The notes under the pieces are model-generated. The model had not been told where the DNA came from, made no database searches, and saw only the letters and a list, made by a program, of their open reading frames with translations. From a virus (taxonomy: Duplodnaviria; Caudoviricetes), in the IMG/VR virus record IMGVR_UViG_2595698357_000001, positions 32,001 to 96,000 of that record: a DNA stretch of 64,000 nt. One strand, 5' to 3'. Every line of letters starts with the position of its first letter. Positions within the stretch are counted from its first letter, which is position 1. Positions 53,874-63,976 of the stretch are shown here, one piece after another. Made by a program: the position numbers and the translations under genes.

Positions 53874-54203
53874 ATGAGCAGTGCGATTCAAGATATCATC
53901 AAATGGTACAAGGCTCGCATCGAAGAACGCGGTGAGCCTGACGTAGAATTCGTCGATCCGGGCACTGGCAATACCGTTGACAACTCTGTTGGAGTTCCTG
54001 TGTGGATGTTGAACGCGCTGTTGCGACCACCACGGACGAACGGTCTGAAGCCTTGCCCGTTCTGCTCCAGCCAACCATTGGAAACCCATAACGGGTTCAC
54101 AAGGAACGGCACCCCGGTCGTCACTATATCGTGCACTCGCTGTGAAATCAAATTCTCAGGGGTGCGGTCTGCCACTCGTCGTCGCTGGAATACAAGATCA
54201 TGA
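53874..54203 (+). CDS. Lar-like restriction alleviation domain protein
   Basis: C-terminal LKPCPFC...ISC..C...A...WN.R motif. Confidence 0.75.
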   Translation: MSSAIQDIIKWYKARIEERGEPDVEFVDPGTGNTVDNSVGVPVWMLNALLRPPRTNGLKPCPFCSSQPLETHNGFTRNGTPVVTISCTRCEIKFSGVRSATRRRWNTRS

Positions 54204-54940
54204 AAGACATAGAGAAACTGAAAGCACAAGCCCCAGAGGGTGCGAACGTTGTCCTGATGCGCCCCAGTGATAAACAGCTGTTCTTCGCCGTGGAGCATGA
54301 ATTTGGTGCCCGGTACTGGACAAGCGACGGCCGTGAGGGGTTCCGTGGGATGGAAGGTCTCTTCCACAACACTGTCCTCCTGGTAGACTTCCGCAACCCG
54401 GTCATGAAGGAAGAGTTCAAGACCGAGATCGCTGTTCCCGTAGCCCCTACCCCACAGCGCGGAAAGAACAACCGTGAAAAGATGTTGAAGTACCAAGAGC
54501 TGGGCAGCAAGGCCGTGCCTAAGCCGCCGGTCAACAGACAACCGCGCGCCGGTACAGTAGCCAAGCAGCGGGAGAGTGATACACGGGCAGTTGAGTCATG
54601 TCCGGCTGGTGATGGGTTTGAGCCTTTGGATGTCCTGGCATGCCGCCAAGGAAAGTATGCGATCCCGCCCGCACTGTCCCTGCACAAGAACGGGAAGGTT
54701 AAGCTGTCCAAGTTTTTCTACACTGGCGAGGCGTTCCAGGGGGATATCTTCATCAACCAGAAAACTTGCCAGATAAAGCTGCGTGTTGCTGCTAAAGGCA
54801 ATGCCAATTTCAACAAGAACGCAGAGACCTTCAGTTCTCCTTTGCGTGACTTAGTTGGCATCAAGGGTGCAGCCCAGCGCATTGAGCTAACACTCGGCCT
54901 GGATGGTTTTTACGTCGGAACGTGGGTTCCACAAAAATAA
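54200..54940 (+). CDS. hypothetical protein
   Basis: 246 aa. ATGA overlap with the previous gene. Confidence 0.75.
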   Translation: MKDIEKLKAQAPEGANVVLMRPSDKQLFFAVEHEFGARYWTSDGREGFRGMEGLFHNTVLLVDFRNPVMKEEFKTEIAVPVAPTPQRGKNNREKMLKYQELGSKAVPKPPVNRQPRAGTVAKQRESDTRAVESCPAGDGFEPLDVLACRQGKYAIPPALSLHKNGKVKLSKFFYTGEAFQGDIFINQKTCQIKLRVAAKGNANFNKNAETFSSPLRDLVGIKGAAQRIELTLGLDGFYVGTWVPQK

Positions 54941-55025
54941 CGCTTTATTCAATACGAAAGTGCAGTAAGCTGTAATTCCTTGCAGTACAAGTGTAACACA
55001 AACATCAACCAAATGGAGTAATCCG

Positions 55026-55298
55026 ATGAGTCGTCAAAAACTGGTAGACCAAATCGCTGCCGATAATGGCATCACCAAAGCTGCTGCTGAAGCTGTAGTC
55101 CGTCAATTTACCGCTGGCGTAACCAACGTTCTGAAATCCGGCGACAAAGTGCAGCTGGTTGGCTGGGGCACCTTCGAAAGCAAACGCACCGAAGCCCGCC
55201 AAGGTCGCAATCCGCGTACCGGCGGCACCCTGACCATCGAAGCGAAAAACAAAGTGACGTTTAAGCCGGGTGAAACCCTGAAAGCTGAACTGAACTAA
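55026..55298 (+). CDS. hup: HU-like DNA-binding protein
   Basis: GDKVQLVGWGTF...AR.GRNP.TG....I.A.....FKPG..LK motif. Confidence 0.93.
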   Translation: MSRQKLVDQIAADNGITKAAAEAVVRQFTAGVTNVLKSGDKVQLVGWGTFESKRTEARQGRNPRTGGTLTIEAKNKVTFKPGETLKAELN

Positions 55299-55358
55299 AA
55301 TCTGCCGGCCTCGGCGCCATCGCCTCCAATAGGGTTGTGGGCGATGACAGAAGTAGCG

Positions 55359-55382
55359 AAACCCCGGCGTGTCCGGGGTTTT
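55359..55382 (+). terminator. intrinsic terminator
   Basis: AAACCCCGG-CGTGT-CCGGGGTTT-T. Confidence 0.8.
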
Positions 55383-55436
55383 GTCTATCTGGTATTCGGG
55401 CTACAATAAGGCTTTCCCACCCACAGGAGATTTACC

Positions 55437-57155
55437 GTGGTTTATGAACAAAGTCACCCGGCGCTGAAATACATTGACCCAGGAATTCCCCTGGATGTCA
55501 TTGAAGAAAAGGCGCGCGCTCATTTCCCTTTCCCGTCTGCCAACCCCGGCCAGATGGAAGCAATTGTTGAAGCAATTGACGCCTACGTCAACAAGCGCAA
55601 GAAGCACGTGATCATCGAAGCCCCAACCGGCGTCGGCAAATCCCTCATTGGTATCACTATCCACCTTGTCCTGCGTGAGCTGGCGTTGGAGCAGAACCCA
55701 ATGGGGCAATTCCGCACGACGATTTCAACCCCAACCAAGGGGCTGCAAGACCAGTACGCCAAAGAGGACTGCGTGAGCATGGCGATCCTCAAGGGCAAGA
55801 AGAACTACCGCTGCCTGGTCAACAGCGACATCTATTACAACTCAATCCCCTGCCGCATGCAGTGCAAAGATCAGATGTGCTCGCCACGGCGTTGCCCGTA
55901 TGTGTCTGCGCGCAACCTGTGGTGTAATATCGCCGACCTGCGCTGCACCAACTCGGCCATGCTGGTTGAGATGTGTACGTCGTTGTGTATGATGCCGGGC
56001 AACCGGGCGGATTTCCTTATCCTGGATGAGTGTCATAAGATGCCCAACACGTTGCTGGACCATACCATCATGGCCTACGACCGAAGGATGCTGAAGGGGC
56101 TGGAGACGCTTCCTGGTGGTAAAGATATCATTGAGGGTGTTGAGTTCATCCTGAAGTACACAAGCGAGTACCAGCTTGGCGTTCTCTACACCCTTGACTC
56201 TACGCTGACCAACTTGTTCCCACTGTTGCTGGAGCAGGTTGAGAATCTTCTGGAAGTCCTGGATGATTGGATGGAACGTGAAGACCTGACTGATGTGCAG
56301 ATGATGCGATTGGCCGATATGGTTGACACCCTCCACAACCTGTCTGACTATTGCGGTATCATGGACAACACTCAGGCCAAGACCTTCATCGTTCACGAGA
56401 AGGAAGAAGGCATGATCACGTTCAAGGCCGTGTTGCCTGCTGACGTGTCTGAGTTCGGTATGTTCCGCAAGGCCGATTATTATCTCCACATGTCGGCCAC
56501 GATTTGTGGTATCCCGTCCTATGCTCATACCCTGGGTATCCGGTCTGATGACTACCACGCCATCCAGGTCGCCAACCCAATCCCGATTGACAACCGCCGC
56601 ATCAACTATCTCCCTGTCATGAAGGTGGCCAACCGCCTGGAAGATTTTGAGTACAAGCGCTTGGTAGAGAGCATTGACGACATCATTGAGCATCATGAAG
56701 GACAGAACGGTATCATCCACACCGTGAGCTACGAACGTGCTGAGAAGATGCAGCAATATTCCCGCTTCCGCCAGAACATCGTTGTGCCTCGTACCCGTAA
56801 GGCGTTGTTGGAGTCCCTGGACAATGCGATGCGAAACAAACGCCGAATTATCATTGCCAGCCCGGCCATGGTTGAGGGCTACGATTTCAAAGGCGATCTC
56901 AGTCGGTTCCAGATCATCATGAAGGTGCCATACAGCTTCTTGGGGGATCCCCTGGTCGCGCATGTGAACAAGATTGACCCATCGGCGTATTTCCGTGAGG
57001 CTATCCTGAGCATTGTGCAGATGGCGGGGCGGTCAGTGAGGGGAGTCGATGACCATGCGGACACCTACATCATCGACTCCTCATTTGAGATGCTGCTGGA
57101 GAGAAACGGTTCGTTCTTCCCCAGCTGGTTTGTTGATGCCCTGTTTGAGATCTGA
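55437..57155 (+). CDS. DinG/XPD-family helicase
   Basis: EAPTGVGKS, Cys-rich Fe-S region, DECH, MSAT, EGYDF and Q..GRSVR motifs. Confidence 0.92.
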   Translation: MVYEQSHPALKYIDPGIPLDVIEEKARAHFPFPSANPGQMEAIVEAIDAYVNKRKKHVIIEAPTGVGKSLIGITIHLVLRELALEQNPMGQFRTTISTPTKGLQDQYAKEDCVSMAILKGKKNYRCLVNSDIYYNSIPCRMQCKDQMCSPRRCPYVSARNLWCNIADLRCTNSAMLVEMCTSLCMMPGNRADFLILDECHKMPNTLLDHTIMAYDRRMLKGLETLPGGKDIIEGVEFILKYTSEYQLGVLYTLDSTLTNLFPLLLEQVENLLEVLDDWMEREDLTDVQMMRLADMVDTLHNLSDYCGIMDNTQAKTFIVHEKEEGMITFKAVLPADVSEFGMFRKADYYLHMSATICGIPSYAHTLGIRSDDYHAIQVANPIPIDNRRINYLPVMKVANRLEDFEYKRLVESIDDIIEHHEGQNGIIHTVSYERAEKMQQYSRFRQNIVVPRTRKALLESLDNAMRNKRRIIIASPAMVEGYDFKGDLSRFQIIMKVPYSFLGDPLVAHVNKIDPSAYFREAILSIVQMAGRSVRGVDDHADTYIIDSSFEMLLERNGSFFPSWFVDALFEI

Positions 57156-57926
57156 TCAGTACCCGGTTATCACAGACAGGTAGCACTTGATATCCGGGGC
57201 TAACGTCGTGACATTGATCAGCATATCGGTCGCATTGTGATCGAAGCTGTACTCAATCAAATCAGCAAGCTGTATCTTGTTGGTGAGGGAGAAGAACACG
57301 TCGTCGCCCCGGTATCCCAACTTGCCATTGACATCCTGCCACTCCCCGGTCTGAGGCCGGAATGCGTGGATGCGGATCTCAACCATGTGGAACATGGATT
57401 TCGGGATCTTCTTCAGCAGATTGGTTCCGATGACAGGGAACGTGACATCCACGTCTTGGCCACCACGGTTGTCGATGACAGCCCAACCGTAGACCGGATC
57501 ACCGCCTGGAACTGGAGTGCGCTTCCAGAACTGGAATTCCGGGTTGCCTGAACGGTTGCTCTGGACTAGAATGACCTCACCACCAGTGAACTGTGAAGTG
57601 TCAATCTCGTCCCGAGCCAGGTAGTCAGCTGGGCTACCAACAAATTTCCAGGTATCACGATCCAGCAGTGATTTATAATAGTCCGTGAACACATGGCTAT
57701 CGCCAGCGTTGTTGATTGCGTCTTTGAGACCTTCACCTGTGACCATCTCATTGAGTTTGAGCCACATGTTTTTGACTGCTGAGGCAGCGGATACGGTGCC
57801 AGGAGGACCACCCACAGTGTAGTCATATTCGATATTTGACGCGTCGAGTTTGTTACCGATTGACAACAGCAGTTGCTCTATCTGCGCTGCTGTCAAACTA
57901 AAGCGATAGCTATCTGGTTTCATCAT
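57156..57926 (-). CDS. late-expressed hypothetical (probable virion) protein
   Basis: GAGGA SD. Minus-strand late promoter TATAAATACCC at 57959-57969. Confidence 0.75.
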   Translation of the reverse strand: MMKPDSYRFSLTAAQIEQLLLSIGNKLDASNIEYDYTVGGPPGTVSAASAVKNMWLKLNEMVTGEGLKDAINNAGDSHVFTDYYKSLLDRDTWKFVGSPADYLARDEIDTSQFTGGEVILVQSNRSGNPEFQFWKRTPVPGGDPVYGWAVIDNRGGQDVDVTFPVIGTNLLKKIPKSMFHMVEIRIHAFRPQTGEWQDVNGKLGYRGDDVFFSLTNKIQLADLIEYSFDHNATDMLINVTTLAPDIKCYLSVITGY

Positions 57927-57970
57927 CTGTTCCTCTGGTGAACATTACACAAGCAATGGGGTATTTATAC

Positions 57971-58510
57971 ATGATTGAGATTTACAGTGACGGTGGTAGT
58001 TACCCAGCCACAACAAAGGCTGCTGGATGGGCGTTTGCGATTGCTCCTCTAAGCAACGAGAAGCCGTGGCGGATATTCTTTGGGCACTTACCACCCCCAT
58101 CAACCAATAACATCGCTGAGATGCTCGGAGCGCTGAATGCGATGCGTTTTATGTATCACTTCCATCTCAAGACCGGCAAGCGGCTTCCCCCAGTAAAGAT
58201 CATCTCCGACAGTCAATATGTCATCAAGGGGATAACTGAGTACCGGTTCAAGTGGGAGGTCGAGGGCTGGCCTGAGAAGAATCACCAGATCTGGTGTGAC
58301 ATATTTGACACCTTCTACAAGCTGCGTGAAGTGTGCGACCTGACGTTCGAATGGGTGTACGGCCACAGGGGGAACAAGGGGAATGAGATAGCCGATCAGT
58401 GGGCAACCCGTGCCAAGGAAGACAGTAATCTCTGTATAAATAACTCGGCAATGGTTAGCTCAAAAGTAACCGGCGATTTCATCACGTTCCTGGCCGAAAG
58501 CGGCTATTGA
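57971..58510 (+). CDS. ribonuclease HI
   Basis: IYSDG, TNNIAEM, SDSQYV and FEWV.GH.GN.GNE.AD motifs. Confidence 0.93.
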   Translation: MIEIYSDGGSYPATTKAAGWAFAIAPLSNEKPWRIFFGHLPPPSTNNIAEMLGALNAMRFMYHFHLKTGKRLPPVKIISDSQYVIKGITEYRFKWEVEGWPEKNHQIWCDIFDTFYKLREVCDLTFEWVYGHRGNKGNEIADQWATRAKEDSNLCINNSAMVSSKVTGDFITFLAESGY

Positions 58511-58525
58511 TTTGAGGGCAATGTC

Positions 58526-59290
58526 ATGGGTATGCACTATGTTGACCGTGGTAAAACGGCAAAGATCTATTTCACCGACGAAGACAACGACAAAATTGTT
58601 GCGGTCTTGCGCGAGTGGATCCCATTAAAGAAACAGGCGATGGCGGAAGAGAAGCCCTTCCCGAAAGTCCCTGAGGTCGTCGGGGCTGCTGTCTACCAGA
58701 TAGTCCACAACACCAGCATGCGTTACAACTACCGTCAATATCCTTTCCGCGAGGACATGGTTGGTGATGCTGTCTACAACATTCTCCGTTATCTTCACAC
58801 GTTTGACCCGTTCCTGGTCGGAAAGAAGTCAGGAAAGATCAACTTTTTCTCATGGGTGACCATGTGTCTTGACCGCAGCTTCTCCAAGAAGATCGGCGAT
58901 GAAGAGACCCAGACGTACCTGAAATATCGCAGCTTTGAAGAAGTCGGCGGCTTCGCGGCGTTCAATGACGACCCTGACTTCCAGCAAAACGATTTCATCG
59001 AGAACACAGGCATCGCCATGGACTTCCGTGAGCGCATGGGCGAGTTCGAGCAGAAGCGTGAAGCCGCCCGTGAGAAGGAACGCCTCAAGGCTCAGGAAGT
59101 CAAGAACGCTCAGAAAAAGACCAACGTTTCAAAAGGATTAGCTCAATACCTCTCTAGAAGTAAAAATACCCCACCAACAGCAGATGCCATGGGCGATGAC
59201 GTACCCAACCCGGCCGAATACGAGTTTGACCAAACGTTGGGTGAATTCCCGGATCTGAAACCATCAAAGAGAGGTGTTAAATGTCAATAG
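58526..59290 (+). CDS. gp55: late transcription sigma factor gp55
   Basis: Y.FREDMVGDA..N..RY...FD and N.FS..T motifs. Synteny before gp47/46. Confidence 0.88.
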   Translation: MGMHYVDRGKTAKIYFTDEDNDKIVAVLREWIPLKKQAMAEEKPFPKVPEVVGAAVYQIVHNTSMRYNYRQYPFREDMVGDAVYNILRYLHTFDPFLVGKKSGKINFFSWVTMCLDRSFSKKIGDEETQTYLKYRSFEEVGGFAAFNDDPDFQQNDFIENTGIAMDFRERMGEFEQKREAAREKERLKAQEVKNAQKKTNVSKGLAQYLSRSKNTPPTADAMGDDVPNPAEYEFDQTLGEFPDLKPSKRGVKCQ

Positions 59291-60399
59291 CCAAGATTGG
59301 TGACTTACACATTGGAGCCAGGCAAGGCTCCAAGCATGTCCGTGAGTTCATCAAGGACTACATCATCAACTACTTCCTGCCTGAAATCGATATGGTCGAT
59401 ATCAAGGAGATCTTCCAGTTCGGCGACATGTTCGACGTTCGCAAGCACCTATACGGACGTGATCGTTACTGGTTGACCAAAGAGCTGGTGCCTGAGCTGC
59501 GCCGCCGTAAGATGGTCTGGCATACTATCGTGGGTAACCATGATATCTCCATGGAAGAGTCCAACCACGTGAACTGGCCGGCACTCCTGGAAGACATCGC
59601 TCCTGATGTGTTCCGCGTGTACAGCGAGCCGACCGAAATCGTCCTGGACGGCGTGAAGGTGCTTGCCATGCCGTGGATCAACAAAGAGAACTATGCGCGC
59701 TGCGTCAAGGCTATTGAGGATACAGACGCCAAGGTCATGTACGCCCACCTGGAGCTGGCTGGGTTCAAGATGTACCAGTCGTCCACCTGTGACCACGGGC
59801 AGATTGATCTGTCACTGCTGGCCAAGTTTGACAAGGTTGAGACAGGGCACTTCCATACCCGCTCGGCCGACAAGAACGTTGAATACCTCGGCTCACCATA
59901 CCACCTGACCTGGGAAGACTACAAGGACGGGTGCAACAGGGGCTTCTACGTTGAAGACCTGGACAAGCCGGGCAGCAACATGTTCATCCCAAATGACCCT
60001 GAGCGCACGCTGTTCCGTGTCATCAACTATGACTATTCGAAGATCCCGGCTGACCAGATCGACGATTGGAAATCTACCGAGTGGTTGAATGACGGCCTGG
60101 GGCTGCGCGGCCAGATCGTTCGCGTTGTGGTGACCAACCGTGACAACGTCAAGCATTATGAAGCGTTCACTGACGCCATGAAACGTTGTCAATGTGTGGA
60201 TTACAACTATAGTGACATGACTGTCACCATCTCTACGGAAAAGATCGAAGTCACCGAGGAGATGATCGCCACTGACGCAGTTGAAGTGCTGAAGACTGAC
60301 ATCCGTGCTGCTGAGAACATCCAGCGCAAAGATTCTGTCTGCAAGCTGGCTGAGCGCTACTTCTCAGCTGCCCAACAACGATTAGCATTGGACATTTGA
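59281..60399 (+). CDS. gp47: recombination endonuclease subunit gp47 (Mre11/SbcD-like)
   Basis: GDLHIG, GD.FD, GNHD, GHFH and YLGSPY motifs. Confidence 0.95.
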   Translation: MSIAKIGDLHIGARQGSKHVREFIKDYIINYFLPEIDMVDIKEIFQFGDMFDVRKHLYGRDRYWLTKELVPELRRRKMVWHTIVGNHDISMEESNHVNWPALLEDIAPDVFRVYSEPTEIVLDGVKVLAMPWINKENYARCVKAIEDTDAKVMYAHLELAGFKMYQSSTCDHGQIDLSLLAKFDKVETGHFHTRSADKNVEYLGSPYHLTWEDYKDGCNRGFYVEDLDKPGSNMFIPNDPERTLFRVINYDYSKIPADQIDDWKSTEWLNDGLGLRGQIVRVVVTNRDNVKHYEAFTDAMKRCQCVDYNYSDMTVTISTEKIEVTEEMIATDAVEVLKTDIRAAENIQRKDSVCKLAERYFSAAQQRLALDI

Positions 60400-60401
60400 T
60401 A

Positions 60402-62726
60402 ATGACATCTCCTTTGAAGCAGTTCCTTGACCTGGTGGAAGCCCCTGTGGCTGCACCCGATGTTCCATTCGCCGTCCCTCAACCGGGGGCGGTGACCCAC
60501 AAGCTGACTCTCCGTCGGGGGCGCGCCAAGAACTTCCGATCTGTGGGCAATGAGTTCATGGAAGTGGACTATCAGCGCAACGATGCCACCCTGATCACCT
60601 CTGATGATAACGGCGCGGGTAAATCCACCATGCTGGTGTGGTTGCCTATCTTCGTTCTGTACAACGACACGTACAGCAAAAAGGAGAAGAAGGCAGGCCT
60701 GGTCAACTCGATGAACAAGAAAGACTGCGTTGGTGAGATTGAATTCTTCACCAAGGGGCAGGAATGGAAGGTTCGCCGGGGCATCAAGCCAGATTTCATC
60801 GAGGTCTACCAGATGGAAGATGGTGACTGGAAGCAGATCGAAAACGAAGCTGCCAAGGCCGATACCAACAAATACATCGAAACCATTTTGGGTATCGACC
60901 AGAAAATGTTTGAAAACAGCTTGGTGCTGGGGAAAGAGAAATATATCCCGTTCACTGAGATGTATACGGCTGACCGCCGCCTCATGGTTGAGACCATCTG
61001 GGATCTGGGCATCTTCACCGAGATGAACAACACCGTGAAGGAAGGCATCAAAAAGCTGAAGTCGGATATTGACTACGGTGAAGCCCAGCTGCAGAACAAG
61101 CAGGTCGTCGTTGACGGCAAGCGCTCTCAGCTTCGCCAGATTGAAGAGTCCAACGCCCTCATCCAACAGAACTCGGCTGAGCAACTCGACACCGCCAAGA
61201 CCCGCATGGATACTCTGACCGCCTCACTTGATGAGCATTCCGAAGGCGTTAAGCGGCTGGATGTCGAGCTGGAACAACTGGTCGCCAACTCCAAAACTGA
61301 GTACGAGCGTGTTGTAGCCCAGAGCGATGACGAAGTCAACAAGATTCGCCAAGAGCACGACGCCAAGGCTGAGGTTGTCCGTACTGAGTTCCAGGAGCGC
61401 ATCGAAGCTGCCCGGTCTACCAAGGCGCAGGCGGTTGACCGCAAAACAGCCATGGTGGATGCTCTGAGCGTCAAGATTGACAAGCGAGAAGAACTGGTCA
61501 ACCGACGTGCCGGACTGCAGAGCAATCTGGATAGCAAGCTGTCTGAGATCAGCAAGGGTGAGGGCTTCCGTACCCGGTTCCAGGCGGAGATTGCTATCCA
61601 TGAGCAGTCCATTCAGAAGTTTCATGACATGGGTACTTGCCCGACCTGTACCCAGATGGTCACTGATGACACCAAGGCTCAGGTTGCCCAGACGTACCAG
61701 CCACAAATTGATGAGGTGAACGAAAAGATCACCAAGGTCAATGCTGCCCTGGAAAGCATGAACTCTGCATTTGAAGGGTTCAAGCAACAAATCGCCGACC
61801 TCGATGTCCTGATGGCTCCGATGTCTGATGAGATCAACAGCATGAAGACAGAGATTGCTGTTGTTGATCAGGAAGTGGCGGGGCTTGTCCGTGATCTGAC
61901 CAATATTGAGCGCGAACGCGATGTGGCGTTAAACACGCTGGAGCAGGCTACCTCTGCTGCTATCGATAGCATCACCCGTAACGCCAATGACCGCGCTCGG
62001 GCGGAAGTAGCTGGTATCGAGGCGGAGATTTCGTCCAAGAAGGCATACCGCGACCAAAAGGCTAATTTCGTTGTCGGCATTCAAACTGACATGCGTGATT
62101 TGGAAGTCCAGATCAAGGCGCTGGAAGCCAAGATGCTGGTTCAGCCTACGCCTACCGGCGCGCTGGAAGACGAGATCGCCCAGCTGGATGTCGACCTGGC
62201 TGAGCTGCAGGTTAACCAAGAGGCGCTCAACCATGACCTCCAGGATCATGAGCACCTGTTGTACTTCCTGCGCGATGACCAGACCAAGGCTCGTATCGTG
62301 TCTCTGTATCTGCCGTTCCTGAACAGCAAGGTCAATGAGTACATGGAGTCCGTGAACATGTTCCTGAACATTGATATCGACGACAAGTTCGACATCAGCA
62401 TGAATGCCCCTGAGCGTAAAGGCCAGAGCATCTTCTCGTTGTCTACCGGCCAGCGCGCGCGGCTGAATATTGCGATCATGCTGGCATTACGCGATGTGGC
62501 TAACCTCAAAGCGTCAATCCAGTGTAATATACTGGTGTTGGATGAGATCTTAGAGAACCTCAGCGAACGCGGTGTTCAAGAGATCGTCATGATGCTGCGT
62601 CACAAGTTCTCGGGCAACAACCTGTTTGTCATCAGTCAGCGTGAACAGGAGTTCCAGGAGTACTTCCAACACAACATCCGTTACGGCCTGCGTTCTGGTT
62701 TGACCCAGGTCATCAGCAAAGAATAA
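60402..62726 (+). CDS. gp46: recombination ATPase subunit gp46 (Rad50/SbcC-like)
   Basis: KNF.SVGN, NGAGKST, CPTC zinc hook, LSTGQ signature and LVLDE motifs. Confidence 0.95.
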   Translation: MTSPLKQFLDLVEAPVAAPDVPFAVPQPGAVTHKLTLRRGRAKNFRSVGNEFMEVDYQRNDATLITSDDNGAGKSTMLVWLPIFVLYNDTYSKKEKKAGLVNSMNKKDCVGEIEFFTKGQEWKVRRGIKPDFIEVYQMEDGDWKQIENEAAKADTNKYIETILGIDQKMFENSLVLGKEKYIPFTEMYTADRRLMVETIWDLGIFTEMNNTVKEGIKKLKSDIDYGEAQLQNKQVVVDGKRSQLRQIEESNALIQQNSAEQLDTAKTRMDTLTASLDEHSEGVKRLDVELEQLVANSKTEYERVVAQSDDEVNKIRQEHDAKAEVVRTEFQERIEAARSTKAQAVDRKTAMVDALSVKIDKREELVNRRAGLQSNLDSKLSEISKGEGFRTRFQAEIAIHEQSIQKFHDMGTCPTCTQMVTDDTKAQVAQTYQPQIDEVNEKITKVNAALESMNSAFEGFKQQIADLDVLMAPMSDEINSMKTEIAVVDQEVAGLVRDLTNIERERDVALNTLEQATSAAIDSITRNANDRARAEVAGIEAEISSKKAYRDQKANFVVGIQTDMRDLEVQIKALEAKMLVQPTPTGALEDEIAQLDVDLAELQVNQEALNHDLQDHEHLLYFLRDDQTKARIVSLYLPFLNSKVNEYMESVNMFLNIDIDDKFDISMNAPERKGQSIFSLSTGQRARLNIAIMLALRDVANLKASIQCNILVLDEILENLSERGVQEIVMMLRHKFSGNNLFVISQREQEFQEYFQHNIRYGLRSGLTQVISKE

Positions 62727-62757
62727 CACGGGGAGCCGGGGGAACCCGGCTTGAAAT

Positions 62758-63057
62758 ATGAAAGAGATCCTGCAGCCTATTGTAGACCAGGTCATCAATG
62801 ACTGGAATAAGTTGTACCCCATGCTGTCGGTGTCCATCACTGTCAAGCAGTACCAGGAAGAAGCTGGGCGTGTTATCATTGACGGCCTCATCAACATGAA
62901 GGGTGTTGGTGTCACCGATGGCACGTTCGAGATTGGCAGTTCTGTCGTCGGCTGGGATAACCCATCCGAGTTCTACAACGGCCTGTTTGCTTGCATCGAA
63001 GAAAGCATGCTGGCCCACTCCTCCATGAATTCATCTCATGAAGATAGTTCATTGTAA
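62758..63057 (+). CDS. hypothetical protein
   Basis: 99 aa ORF in operon. Confidence 0.65.
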   Translation: MKEILQPIVDQVINDWNKLYPMLSVSITVKQYQEEAGRVIIDGLINMKGVGVTDGTFEIGSSVVGWDNPSEFYNGLFACIEESMLAHSSMNSSHEDSSL

Positions 63058-63352
63058 GAAATCCCCCTATGATGTTTACATCGGACGCCCCAGCAAATGG
63101 GGCAATCCGTTCACGGTCGCTGACTGGGGACATGGGGTGGCCATCGCTAAATATAAATCCTATGTCCTAGAAAAACTCCGCTCTGGAGAATGGACAGAGG
63201 ATGAGTTGGTCAACGAATTGGGCGGTAAGACTCTTGGGTGCTGGTGTCACCCTAAGCCTTGCCATGGTGATGTTTTGAAAGATGTTGTGAACGGGATAAT
63301 CTTCTACAAGCGGCTCGGGATGAGCTACACGAAACAGATACACAAAAACTGA
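63038..63352 (+). CDS. DUF4326 family protein
   Basis: VYIGRPSKWGNPF...L.GK.LGCWC.PKPCHGDVL motif. Confidence 0.88.
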   Translation: MKIVHCKKSPYDVYIGRPSKWGNPFTVADWGHGVAIAKYKSYVLEKLRSGEWTEDELVNELGGKTLGCWCHPKPCHGDVLKDVVNGIIFYKRLGMSYTKQIHKN

Positions 63353-63364
63353 GAGGAAATCAAA

Positions 63365-63976
63365 ATGACGATGTCAAAGTTGAAGACCATGTCTTTTATG
63401 GTCTTTACCCTTGCCAGCGGGGCTGCGACTGCATCTATGTCGGCTTCATGTAATGTTGAGTTTACAGACCACCAATTGGCAACTATGAGCCGCGCCTGGA
63501 ATACAGGTGTTGGTGACAACCTGGGCTACACCCTAGCAGCAATCTCGTGGAAGGAGAGCCGTGCGGGTGAGGATGTGGTGCGTTACCGTGGATCACTCAA
63601 GAGCGCCAATCTCGGTGCCTTCCAGAACCGGGTGCAATCTGCCGGTGATCGTGAGGGCTGTAAGACCAAGAAGTGCTATGCTGATGTTGCATATCGGCTT
63701 ATCACTGACCAGAAGTTCGCCTCTGAGCATGCTCTCAAGGAGATGAACTTCTGGATGAACACGCACAACAATAACATCCGCAGTGCCCTCGCCTCTTACA
63801 ACTCCGGATACTCCCACAACTCCAGGTCTCGCTCCTATGCGCAATCGGTCATCGTCAAGACTAAATATCTGAAGAAGTGTGTATCCTTTAATGGACGCCC
63901 GGTTGCCAATAAGCCTGACCCAAGCGTGTTAGCCTCGAACCAGCGGACATTATCCAAATTGAAGAGGATTCGATGA
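63365..63976 (+). CDS. lytic transglycosylase (SLT)-like protein with N-terminal signal-like segment
   Basis: AAISWKES (putative catalytic Glu), G.FQ and ALASYNSG...Y motifs. Confidence 0.75.
   Translation: MTMSKLKTMSFMVFTLASGAATASMSASCNVEFTDHQLATMSRAWNTGVGDNLGYTLAAISWKESRAGEDVVRYRGSLKSANLGAFQNRVQSAGDREGCKTKKCYADVAYRLITDQKFASEHALKEMNFWMNTHNNNIRSALASYNSGYSHNSRSRSYAQSVIVKTKYLKKCVSFNGRPVANKPDPSVLASNQRTLSKLKRIR

Noticed and set aside
54948-54976. TTCAAT box upstream of HU
   Set aside because: There is no good -10 at 13-14 nt spacing (TAAGCT at 12, TGTAAT at 17), so it was not called as a promoter.
55338-55382. Hammerhead-like appearance (GCGATGA...CGAAAC-stem-GTT)
   Set aside because: The core should be CUGANGA, but C3 and U4 are absent and no stem II forms. 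The stem is explained as the terminator.
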